NCBI GenBank assembly: GCA_036785375.1
Contig: JAWMAR010000182.1
Coordinates: 806,001 to 870,000 of the forward strand
From: Leucoraja ocellata
Taxonomy: Eukaryota
Direction: 5' to 3'
Length of the DNA stretch: 64,000 nt
The notes beneath the pieces are model-generated. The model made no database searches and was not told where the DNA came from. It saw nothing but the letters and a program-made list of their open reading frames with translations. A program made the translations under genes and the position numbers. Shown one piece after another: positions 10,826-22,786 of this stretch. Within the stretch, counting starts at the first letter, position 1. Every line of letters starts with the position of its first letter.

Positions 10826-12010
10826 TGGGGAACGGGTTGCGTTGAGGGAACGGGTAAGTGGTGGAATATTGCCTTGTGGAACGGGTTGCGTAGGGGGATC
10901 TGGTCTCTGGGGGCTATGGGTGAGTGGTGGAATATTGCGTTGGGGGAATGGGTTCGTTGGGGGACCAGGCCCCCAGTCACAGGGCCCATTTGGTCTAGTA
11001 TCTATATAATTAAAACTCAAATCTTGACCACCTGCGCAGGACAAGAGGATTTTTCCCATCAATGAAAAATAAAAGACTTATTAATGTTTAAAAAATGTTG
11101 AGATTCTCTCTCCTGTCAATCACGTCATGAAGGCCATGCCCCTTCCGATGGGAGGTGGAGGGACTATGAAACCCTGAAGTGTGGACTGCCTCAGTCTCTG
11201 CAAGCTGGAGGAGCGAGAGGTCACAACTCTCAGTCTGAGCTGTGAATAACACTGAACACATGTCTACTAAACTGTGATTGGTTTTACTGACCTGTGAGTG
11301 CCCTTAATTTAGTTTGAAAATGCAAAAGTGGTGTTGGTTTGAAAATGCAAAAGTGGTGTTGGTTTGAAAATGCAAAAGTGGTGTTGCCTTTGCCTTACTG
11401 AAAAGTAGTGTTCCCTTTGTGTTACTGAAAAGTGGAGTTGCCTTTCCCTTGCTGAAAAGTGGTGTTGCCTTTGCCTTACTGAAAAGTGGTGTTCCCTTTC
11501 CCTTATTGACAAGTGGTGTTGCCTTAGCCTTATTGAAAAGTGGTGTTGCCTTATTGAAAAGTGTAATCTTGACCACTTCCTGTTTGTGCAGTATTTGATT
11601 TTAGAAAAAACACTACCAGGTACGGCTGTGATTTTTGGTCATCTTACTCGGGTTCCCCCTCCGCTCATCAGATTTTTCTGATGATTCCGCCGAGGATTTT
11701 TCCCATCGATGAAAAATAAAAGAATTATTAGTGTTTAAAAAATGTTGAGATTCTCTCTCCTATTAATCATGTCATGAAGGCCACGCCCCTTCCGGTGGGA
11801 GGGGGAGGGGCTATACAACCCGGAATTGTGGGCGTGGCTCAGTCTCTGCAAGATTGGCGAGGGAGAGGTCACGATTCGGTTTTTGGTGGCCTTGCACCCT
11901 GCTTGAAGTGGTAGGAAACTGCACTTGAATTTGGTGGCCTTGCACCCTGCTTGAAATGGTAGGAAACTGCACTTGAATTTGGTGGCCTTGCACCCTGCTT
12001 GAAATGGTAG
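10826..12010 (+). mobile_element. Non-autonomous Helitron-like composite with internal minisatellites
   Basis: 3'-type end ...GGTCTAG at 10995-10998, followed by a 5'-type TCTATATAATTAAAA at 11001. Segment ~11042-11230 is repeated at ~11692-11875. Tandem units of ~26-30 bp (11310-11560) and 48 bp (starts 11883, 11931, 11979). Confidence 0.6.
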
Positions 12011-12728
12011 AAAATCTATACCTCTAAATCTATAATCCAAGATCACCACCGTTCCTCCATAGTGCCCTTGAACTGTGGTTTCCCCAAAACCCTCTGGGTT
12101 CCAGTTAGCCCCTCATCAATGATCCTTGATCCATGATCTCCCCCTTTGCTGATAATTATCATTCAAATGTTGTTTTCCCCAATGTTTCGGGTCAGGACCT
12201 TTCTTAAGATTGACTGTGGTTGGTGGGTACGAGGGGAAGAAAACTGGAAGAGAGAAGAGGCAGGCCAAAGCATGGCGATTGACTGCTGGATGCAGGTTAG
12301 GGTGCTTTTGATTGACAGATGGTTGGATAATGGCCATAGATGAAAAGAAAGCAGTGAGATATGAATCATAAGGTGGGAGTTGTGAATTGTGAAGCCAGTG
12401 GTAGGAATATTGGTGGAAGGGGTGGGAGAGTTATCATGATTAGCAATTGGGAGAATCCAGTAGGAAATTATATCTCCCAACTCAATGTCACAATGTTCTC
12501 CAGGGTGCTGCCATAACTGCTGAATTATTCCAGAACATTGTGCCTTTTTTGTAAACTAATGTCTACAGTTCCTTGTTTCTTCATCATGCAAAATACACAA
12601 ATGCACAACCTTTCTGTTTTTCCCATATTTCTCTGATCTGCCATGCCCTACAGTCCATGATTAGCCAGCAGTGCAGTCCACAGTCACCTCAATCATTATA
12701 TCTTCCCAGCTAGACCTTCCCACTATCA

Positions 12729-13797
12729 ATTAGAATTAGAATTAGAATTAGATCCTTTATTTGTCATTCAGACCTTACGGTCTGAACGAAATGCCGTTAC
12801 CTGCAGCCATACATATAATAATAATCAACAGAACAGACAGTAAACACAAATTAACATCCACCACAGTGAGTCCACCAAGCACCCCTCACTGTGATGGAGG
12901 CAAAAATCTTAGGGCTGCTGTCTCTCCCCTCCTCTTCTCCCTCTGCGCTGAGGCGATACCCCACGGGGCGATGGCAAGTCAGTCCCGCGGCTCACCGAGC
13001 TCTGAGAACGGGCCGGTTCAAACTCCGCGTCCCGGGGTGGTCGAAGCTGCCGCCCTCCAGTCCAGCTGACGCAGCTGTTGACGATGTCGTCCACTGGCCT
13101 GCGGCCGAACCCCGGACTCAGGCCGCCGCCGCCAGAACGCCATCCCAGCCACCGGAGCACCATTACAGCCCCGAGCCGGGTCGCCCTCACTTGATCGCCG
13201 TTCCACCCTCTAGCCAGGCCGCCCTCACGGAAGCGTCTCAGCCCCGCACCAGCCCGCCCTCACGGGAGCGCCTTTTCCCTCGAGCTGGGCCGCCCTCACG
13301 GGAGCGCCGTTACCCTCGAGCCAGGCCGCCCTCACGGGAGCGCCATTACCCTCGAGCCGGGCCGCCCTCACGGGAACGCCGTTATCCTCGAGCCAGGCCG
13401 CCCTCACGGGAGCTCTGTTACCCTCGAGCCAGGCCGCCCTCACGGGAGAGTCTCAGCCCCTCACGGGAGCGCCGTTACCCTCGAGCCGGGCCGCCCTCAC
13501 GGGAGCGTCTCAGCCCCTCACGGGAGCGAGCCCAGGGCGAGTCCTGACAGGCTCTGCCTCCGGAGCCTCGAGGTCGCCAGCTCCGCCATTAGGCCTCAGC
13601 ACAGACGGAGACAGAGGGGGGATACAACAAGAAAGTCACATTCCCCCGAAGGGAGAGACAGAAAGCCCTGTTTCAACCCCCCACCCCCCCCAAAACTTAG
13701 CTAAACAAGACGAAAAAAACAACACAAAAAAGTAAAAACAAATGGACTGCAGGCGAGCTGCAGCCGCAGCCGTTCACCAGCACCGCCACTTCCGGAA
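12729..13797 (-). mobile_element. GC-rich non-coding retroposon (5' TTCCGGAAGTGGCGG; 3' GACAAATAAA plus (CTAATT)n tail)
   Basis: Microsatellite tail at 12729-12752 and an AATAAA on the minus strand. Shares blocks with 49780-50250 and 55880-56710. Confidence 0.6.
13215..13530. repeat. 36-bp GC-rich minisatellite
   Basis: Unit CCCTCACGGGAGCGCCGTTACCCTCGAGCCAGGCCG, roughly 8-9 imperfect copies. It explains the RERRYPRAGPPS repeats in ORF 12891-13547. Confidence 0.9.
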
Positions 13798-14584
13798 TTC
13801 TCTAATCCATGACCTTCCTTGTCATGAGGCAAATATCTACCAAGTTCTTCATATATTTCTAGATACATTATATAATTGTTTTGCAAAATTATCTTTTTGT
13901 TTAAAAAAAAAATCATTCCATTGGAGTAAATGTTAGAGGCAATGCTATCTGCTGTCCAGTTATATATGCAACATTTATTATTACTGACTGGGGATGAATT
14001 TCAAGCCAGATACCTCAGATCAAGTTCCATTGCCTCAATGTGGGATTGGAGTGCCAGCCTGCAATTTGTACTAATGAAAGGAAAGTTTTTTTTGCTCCTA
14101 ACCCAGTCAGTGAGAGTTGTGGGAGGAAATTACATTGAATTAGTATTGTTTTTCACCAGTGAGCCACAATATACCTAGCTGCAAACCCACCAACTGGTGA
14201 TAAATCCATGCAAACATCAATAAAAAGTGCAGAAAATAATGATCCTTTTCATATCTGTATGCCCATCCTCTTCTATTATAAACGGCACTTTTGTATAAGA
14301 GAATTTGTTGGGATTTCACTTATGCTATAATTGCTATTGAACAATGTAAATAAACAATTTGCATAATGAACAGTATTTTCTTCATAGTTACAATTACATC
14401 ATCACTTTGAGTCTATTGTTCAACAACTTTTAGTATACCTGTTTAGCAAATTTATGACAAAAGACTGAGATTAAAATTCCAGTCCAAGATTAATTATCTA
14501 CAGTAGATGAGAAGGTATTGCAGAAGTTGGCGTGTATTGGCAAAGTTGGTCCCAACCCTGTCCAGCTCATGTTAATGAATGTCA

Positions 14585-16470
14585 TAGAAAATAGATGTAG
14601 GAGTAGGCCATTCAGCCCATCGAGCCAGCACTGCCATTCAATATGATCATGGCTGATCATCCAAAATCAGTACCCCAGTCCTGCTTTCTCCCCATATCCC
14701 TTGATTCCGTTAGCCCTAAGAGCTATATCAACTCTCTCTTGAATATATCCAGTGAATTGGCCAGAAGATGTCCTTCAATAGATGCTAGATATTTAATAAA
14801 TATATGCTTGTGTCATAAATGTTATGCAACTGCCCAATGCTCTTAACAAATGAACCAATATTTGGTGATGCAATTTAATACCTGCTTAAATCGGGCATCA
14901 TCTGTCCACAATTAAACTAGTGTGTTTTGTATCAAGTTTATCGCTTTAAATTGCCAAATTATATTGTCAAACACTTTGCATAAAACAGCACACCACAGGA
15001 ACAGGCCCTGCATCCCATCCTGTCTGTGCTGAACAAGGTGCCATATTGCCTTTAATCTCCTTTGCTTATTTAAGATCCATATCTCTTTATTCCCTTCATA
15101 TTGATGTGTAAATCCAAAAGCCTCTTAAGTGCCAACAATCATATCTGCTTATCACACCAGGACTCCTGGCAATGTGTTTCATGCACTCAATGTGTAAAAA
15201 TAATTTACCCCGCACCTCTCATTTAAACTTTTGCACTTTCATCTTGAACCTATGCCCTTTATTATTTGACATTTCTATCCTAGAAAATGATTTTGACTAG
15301 ATTTAGCTAGTTTCTCTCATAATTTTTATACATTTCAATCAATATCCCCTCAGCCTCGGATGCTTCAGTGAATACATTCCGTCTGTCTAATATCTGCTTA
15401 TAGCTAATACCCTCTAATGCAGAGACATCGTAGTAACCTTCTTTTACACTCTCTCCAAAGCCTTCACATCTTTCTTGTAATGGGGCGACCAGAACTGCAC
15501 ACAATAGATCAATTTTGGCCTAACCAAAGTTTTATAAAATTGCAACATTGACTTCCTGATCTCATACTCAATGCCATGATCAGTGATGGAAATCATATCA
15601 TACCGTTTCTTTACCACTCTACTAACTTGTGTTGGTTACTTTCAGGGTGTTATCAACATGGACCCCTAGAAGCTAAACTAAACACAGGCAAACGCCTCCG
15701 TTGCCATGCGGTGAGAATGGAGAGGTTGAGAAGGAGTTTCTTCCCAGAGGCCATTCGGACTGTAAACGCCTATCTCACCAGGGACTAACTCTACTGAACG
15801 TTTTTCCTTCCATTATTTATTATGTAAAAGAATATGTGTGTTATGATTGTGTTTATAATTTGTTTGGTTGTTTGGTTGTTTGTCTTTTGCACAAAAGTCT
15901 GCGAACATTGCCACTTTCATTTCACTGCATATCTCGTATGTGTATGTGACAAATAAACTTGACTTGACTTGACTTGACATCTTGCCATTAAATTTATACT
16001 TACCTGCTTACATTTGTCCTCCTAAAGCATAACATCACTCATGCCCAGATTAAACCCCATTTGCCGTTTCTGTGACCATATCTGTAACTGATCTATACCA
16101 TGCCATATCCTTTGACAATCTTCTTCATTATCCACAACTCCATGATTTTTTATGTAATCTGCAACCACTGGTCACAGACCTGCAGCCAAAATGACACCCT
16201 TTAATCACTACTCTCTGTCGTCTCCAGGCAAGCCAATTCTGAATCCAAATTGCCTAGGCACCATGGATCGCATTCATCTTAATCTTTTGGATCAACCGAC
16301 CATGAATAGCCATATCAAATGCCTGACCAAAGTCCATGTTGACAACATCCACTACGCTACCCTCATCAATAACCTTTGTAATTTTCTCCAAAAAACGATT
16401 GAAGTTTATAAGACATGACCTGCTCTGGGCACAGATGTGCTGACAGTTCCAAATTTGCTAATTCTCTTCC
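14585..16470 (-). mobile_element. Mosaic of degraded CR1 fragments (minus) interrupted by a Rex/Babar-like 3' fragment (~15690-15978, plus)
   Basis: CR1 3' UTR at 14585-14760 and degraded CR1 RT-like sequence at ~15000-15680 and ~15980-16470. The insert has RRSFFPEAIR, then AATAAA and a (CTTGA)n tail ending near 15978. Confidence 0.65.
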
Positions 16471-16740
16471 AAATGCAAGGGGCTGCCAGGGCACCAAGCC
16501 TTAAAGTGAGAATATAAGAAATTCCATATCTCCTTAAGTCAAGATTGGAGTTTTCAGGCACTGAGAAGTTGCAAGATGACACCAGAATGTGGCGACTCTA
16601 CATGCTGTTCTAGAAGTGAATCAATTGTACTCATGTATGATATAATTTGACTGGAAAGCATGCCAAATATACATCTCACTGTATCTCTGTAAATATGACA
16701 ATAAATAAACCAAACCAAGTAAATCCTATTCATTATTTTG

Positions 16741-17060
16741 GGCAGCACAATAGTGCAGTTAGTAAAACTGTTGATGTGCAGCTCCAGTGACCCAGGTTTA
16801 ATCATGACCTCTGATCGTGTCTGGAGTTTGCATAATATTCTTATGATTATGTGGGTTTCCTTCAGATGCTCTGGTTTCCTTCCTCATCACAAAGATATAC
16901 AGGTTGATTGGTTATTTACACGGTTTACCACCCCCGCCCCTCACTCCCCCATGTATGTAGAGTTGATGGGAATATGAGGAAACAAAATAGAATTAGTGTA
17001 AATGAGTGCTTGATGGCTGTTGCAGACCTGATGGGTCAAAGGGACTTTTCTGTGCTGTAT
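16741..17060 (+). mobile_element. tRNA-derived V-SINE (HE1-like), degraded
   Basis: tRNA-like head, V-domain-like core (tggagtttgca...tgtgggtttcc...gctctggtttccttcc) and CR1-like tail. Confidence 0.7.
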
Positions 17061-17940
17061 GGCTATAAAAGACATGGGTGACTCACTAACATTTTATGTA
17101 GCTATCAAGTTAAATTAATCCCAATGTATCTCCACGCCTCACATCAGAATAACAAAGCATCTAATTAACTATAGTTATTTGGGATGTCCCACTGTTGTAA
17201 TAGGCTATATATCAATGCAAATTTTCTTTCAGTTGGTATTTTCTTGAAACACGCACAAGAACCCATGTGTGGCTACATATCAGACTGTCAAAGGGTAATC
17301 TTAGCAGACTCAATGACCTGGAAGTAATAATTAACCTTAAAGGGCTTAAAGGATAAAATGGGTGGTTTTCTATTCTAGAATATCAAAAGAGAGTTAGGAT
17401 TAAATTTGTGAACCATCATTTTAACGGAGTCAATAGACTGAATCACACTGATTGACAACTGGCAGCTCCATGCGGAACGCCAGCTGTCAGCCATTTGCAT
17501 CTAACTACATTAGAAATATCCAATGGAAATGTTCAGATCAGATGGCAACTAAAAGCTAAAAATGTGAAACTAGAACCAGCTTTAATACACAAAAGCACAG
17601 TAATACAAGAGAAATGTCAAATTTACTTTGAAATAACGGGGAATTAACAGGGAAGATAACAGATTTAAAGGGAATTTTTAACCAAATAAGTTTTAATTTT
17701 GTACTTAATAAAATGAAAGTAATGTGTCACATTTGTACAAAACTATTATTTTTTTCAAAATTCTCCACCAATTAACAGTATCTGGAAACAGTTAGCAGAA
17801 TCTGATTTCTAACATTTTGCCAGCAGTTTCAGACTCCATCTACACCACAGATAGACCCAAAAAGCTGGAGTAACTTAGCGGGACAGGCAGCATCTCTGGA
17901 GAGATGGAATGGGTGACGTTTCGGGTCAAGACCCTTCTTC

Positions 17941-18340
17941 CATCTACACCATGCTGCCTCGGCAAGACCACCCGGATAATCAAGGACCAGTCTCACCTCG
18001 GTCCCTCCCTCTTCTGCCCATTCCCATCAGGCAAGAGGTAAAGAGGTTTGAAAATAAATACCTCCAGATTCAGGGACAGTTTCTTCCTAGCTTTAATCAG
18101 GTAACTGAACGATTCTCTCATCAGCTTTCCAGACTTCCCATCAACCTCATTGGAGACCTTTGAAATATTCTTAATCGGACTTCATCTTGCACTAAATACT
18201 TTACCCTTTGTCCTTTATCTGTATTCTTTATCCTTTATCTGTACAATGTGGATGGCTTGATAGTACTCATGTATAATCGTCTTTGACTGGACAGCATGCA
18301 AACCTCAGTATATGTGACAATAATAAACTAAACTAACTAA
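17941..18340 (+). mobile_element. Rex/Babar-like LINE 3' fragment
   Basis: Similar to 57380-57737. Tail is GACAATAATAAACTAAACTAA. Confidence 0.6.
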
Positions 18341-21179
18341 GCTAGATTCTGCTCAATTCATCACATAGTAATCATTCATTCACCAACAATCCCCATCAGT
18401 CTGAACTCATATCTAATATTATTTTACTCCACTTATTGTAATTTAGAAATAGGTAGCATCACTTTAAGCCTATGCTAGGTATTTGAGCATGAAAGCCACA
18501 TCAAACAATGCATTACACTAACCCACTTCCTCTTGACTTGCAGGACATGATGACACACAACTAGAAGCAATAGAAAGTTGAATCGAACGAAACAGGTATA
18601 CCCGTATGCTATCATCCCCGTGGAGTAGATAATTATTGAGATGGCCATGGTTGAGGCTGTGGCCATCGGAAGATGTAACCAAGATATGTTGCCATTATTA
18701 ACACTTTGTCTGACATACCACCACCTCTTCAAACTTCACTGATGTTGTAAAATGATAAACGTATGTGCCTTGCTTCTACCCCAACTCTTATCTACCTCAC
18801 ATCAAAACACACCAGCATTGAAACGTGTCGCCACCATCCATTAATTTAATGAATAGAATAAGCAAGATGAGGTGAGACACCAGGCATGAATGACTTGCCG
18901 CCAAAGCAGAAGACGAAACAAAATAGGTTCCAACTCACCAGAGGATGATGTCATAAACATGTTTTGCTACTGCAAACTCAAATGAGACTTAAACAGGCTA
19001 AGTTACAGGTCAGAACTGGCAAATTTGCATGAACACAGTCCATTAAGAGACCCGTCAGAAAGATTGAGTTTAGTTTAAAAGCCACAATATGACAACAGTC
19101 CTGACTGCCGCTTTCTGTGGCATTGTCCTGCTGTCCACATTTGACTCACAGGCAGAGCTGCAAAAACCATCCTCTGGGTCATTTGCAATCTCCTTGACTG
19201 AACATCAGCCACTCTGAGGCCAACAGGATGGCAATCAATACTAGAGCCAGTCCTACCATAGTCCAAGTTGCCCCACATATTGTTCCTCTCAAGGTGCTCA
19301 AGTTAAGAAATATCATGACCATAACCTGGGTGGGTATAACCTGCTGCTGCCTCTCGCCCTATCCTCCTATTTCCTCTTCAAGTACTTGTCTTGCTGTGTC
19401 CTCTGTTCATTCACATAGTCTCGGTTTTACAAAGGCTGTACCACATCCTGCGTAAAGCCGCCGGCACGGCCGCGCATCTTCTGTGAACACATTAAGAAAG
19501 AACTGCAGATGCTGGAAATGCTGAGTTTCTCCAGTATTTTTGTCTACCTTCTATGAACACTTGATTTGATGCCTGCCAGCCGGGGCGGGATCCATGTGTA
19601 CACGATAGATGTGGCCCGCCATCCGCTCACAGACATGCGTCCCGGCCCCTATGCAGAACAAGGTTGCAGACCCCTGCATTACACTCACACACTTCCTCTT
19701 GACCTACAGGACACGATGACACAACTAGAAGCAATAGAAAGTTGAATCAAATGAAACAGGTGTACCCATATGCTATCATCCCTGTGGAGTAGATTATTAT
19801 TGAGATGGCCATGGTTGAGGCTGTGGCCATCGGAAGGTGTGACGATGACATATTGCCATAATTAACACTTCATCTGACATACCACCACCACTTCAAAACT
19901 TCACTTATGTGTAAAATGATGAACGTATGTGCCTTACTTTTACCACAACTCTTATCTTCCTCACAAAATAAGACACCTGCATTGAAACTTGTCACCACCA
20001 AATCAGATAATGACCAGTCTGAAGAAGGGTCTCGACCCGAAACATCACCCATTCCTTCTCTCCAGAGATGCTGCCTGTCCCACTGAGTTACTCCACCATT
20101 TTGTCTCTACCTAATGATACATCTAGTCAGCTCAGAATGGGAGGAAGTATTAATCAATACAGGTGTGGAGTTTGTAGCCTTGTAATGGATGTTTATACCT
20201 ATCCTTTGGGAAGGTTTCAGACAGATTCAGAAAGGGAAGAGAGGAATCATCGATGAACCATAAGAAGGTAACAGCAACATGGAATTTGGGAGCAAAAATG
20301 ATGAAATATTTGAATTTAACAAAATAAATGTCATTTTTGTATTGCTGGGAGTAGAATTTTGATCCTCTAATGTGAAATCGGAATTTAACAAGTCTGAAGA
20401 ATAGTCTCGACCCAACACGTCACTCATTTTTTCTCTCCATAGATGCTGTCTGTCCCACTGAGTTACTCCAGCTTTTTGTGTCTATCTTCTACCCAAATTG
20501 AGAGTTCTCTTAAGACTGCCCCAAATAATGATCCATTCACTCTCCATAGCCTCCATACCAAATTTGAATTGTCAATGTAAATAGTTTCCAGTAGAAATTA
20601 AATGACGCTGATAAGACCAAGTATTAGTTCATATTGAGTCGGAAAGTCAAACAAAGATACTAAAGTTGATAAATAATTAATAATTCCAAGGATATAATTG
20701 GAAGAAATTATTCATTTAGGGTGATGTTTTGGTCAATTTGGCAGGTGGGAAAGTTGAGGCAGAAACATTGTTTGCTGTAAATGGATCTGATGCTAATCAT
20801 TAGAAGCTTAAATGAATTAAGGAGATACGCTTTATGAGCAAATTGGCTTTTCCTTACTCTTGATTTTTTATATTGTTCTGTAATATTTCTGATACCTTAA
20901 TCTTAATTTTTGAATCTAATCTTCATCTGTTAGATTCAGATAATCCTCAATTCACTGAACCATTTGGCCAGCTTTGCTGGATAGATAAATAGCCATAGAA
21001 ACCAGAAGTAAATTGAGTAATTTGATGTAATAACTGTAATTGAGAACAGTGTTTTGTTCAGTTAAAGGAAATGGATTATGTTCAGCATTCTCTGATCAGT
21101 ATGTGGCTAAACCACACTGAATCTCCGATAAATTAGAAACTGGTTAAAAGTGACTGAACAATAAAAGAACCAACATATT

Positions 21180-22170
21180 TGCAAAAATCAGAGACACAAG
21201 GCAGCAGAATAAAAAGCAGAAATGGTGGAATTGCTGAAGCACAGTTTGCAGAGAGTAACTGAGTTAATGGTTCAGATCAATGACTTTTCATTGGAATTGA
21301 GAAAACTTAAAAGACTGATGTATTTTAAGATGCAATAAGGGGAGCAACAAGAAAATAATAGAAAAGGGGAGGTCAGTGATAGGTTGGAGAGTAAATTACA
21401 TGTTAAAAAGAAATATTAATACAGGTACAAGGAGAAAGAGGATGATAAAGTGATGAAACAGGTTGGTTTGGAAGAGCTGTAGATGGGACAAGGCGAGAGA
21501 GTTATTAAACAAAATTATTGAAGGAATAATTATTGAACAATAAATTTCAAATAAAAATTATTATCTGAAAGTAGTGGACACAATAGTGAGTCCAGAGGTC
21601 TATAATGTGGCTATTGAACATGAAGTGCAATTATTTAATCTTGCCATCATCAGTACAGGGCGGATGTCTGAAGACAGGGAGGTAAAATGCAGAATCAAAA
21701 CATTCTGAACAAAATGATTCCAGAAAGCATTTATAAATTCAGATATGGTCTCCACTGTGTACATGCTGTGAGCATCGATTTCAATTCCCTAAATGGAAGG
21801 AAGAGCGATTAATCACTCATCATGTGGAAAGTAAATTTAGAGAATCGGACGGTAGGAAATGAGAAAGTCAAAAGATAGTCTTATATTCAAGGATTGAGAT
21901 GGAGATTGAAGCAGAATATTCCAGTGGGGATGGCTTTTTTCAGAATGCTGAAAGGCATGCAAAAGATTTGCATAACATTGGAGTTGTAGGAAATATTGAG
22001 GCTGATCCACTAAATATTAAGTCTTGCAGAGTGTAACAAGAGGATAATGGAAATCTAACCTGCTCCCCAGATAGAGGAGAATGGATAAGAATAGAAGTGA
22101 AGAAAATGGAGTGAGTAAAATCAAAGGTTCTGTCAACTATGATAGGGAGAACTCTTGTGTTAGAAAACAA
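21180..22170 (-). mobile_element. Highly degraded Penelope-like element 3' part
   Basis: The minus strand of ~21560-21645 resembles the Penelope C-terminus seen at 43075-43175, and a decayed tail follows toward 21190. Confidence 0.45.
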
Positions 22171-22572
22171 AGTTTGCAGATCTGCAACCTGGAAATTTTT
22201 CCCAAATGACCATAATATATATTTTAAATTATTGAAGATTACAAGTCAAATCTATTTAGTTTCCAATAGATGAGTGGAGTTGACTTTATAGATTGAAAAG
22301 CTGATTGCTGGGGCATGGTAGACCCTTGCAGTTAAATGCACCCTACAATTGGCATTGTGAGCATCTTCTGTATGGGGAATTTTCTTGGCTTTGTTACAAT
22401 CTACTACAGTGCAGATGGTACCAATTTGTCAGCGTGCTATAGATGGATATCTGAAACAATCGAAAAAAGGCCAACTTCTCAACTCATGCACTATATGTAG
22501 TATTCGCAACAAAATGTCCCATTATTTCCATTCTGTTTAACCTTGAAATGAACTTGTGGTCAAACAGAAGGG

Positions 22573-22786
22573 TGTGGCGGCTCCTAAGGGTCGTGCCATT
22601 ATACTGCCGAACCCCTCGGCACAGGAGTGGTGCAGTCCGGAGGCGGCCCTCAGCCGGAGGGTTTAAAAGGCAGGGTTTGGGTGCCATCTTTCTCTGGTTT
22701 CGTCTTCCCTTCAACCGGGAGGAATAAAATAAAGGTGCTTCTCAAACACTGGACTTCGTGCCTCCTTTTGAGACCCACGCACTACA
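22573..22786 (+). mobile_element. Solo LTR (214 bp)
   Basis: TGT...ACA termini, 4-bp TSD AGGG (22569-22572 / 22787-22790), TATA-like TTTAAAA at ~22662, AATAAA at ~22723. It is a GC-rich island in AT-rich DNA. Confidence 0.75.

Noticed and set aside
11304-12049. Repetitive ORFs (KATPLFSK.., GCKATKFK..) and a possible CRISPR-like array
   Set aside because: Head-to-tail minisatellites without unique spacers, in a eukaryotic repeat; no cas genes.
12891-13547. 218-aa Pro/Arg-rich ORF with 12-aa repeats
   Set aside because: It is a by-product of the 36-bp GC-rich minisatellite inside a retroposon; no domain or splice support.
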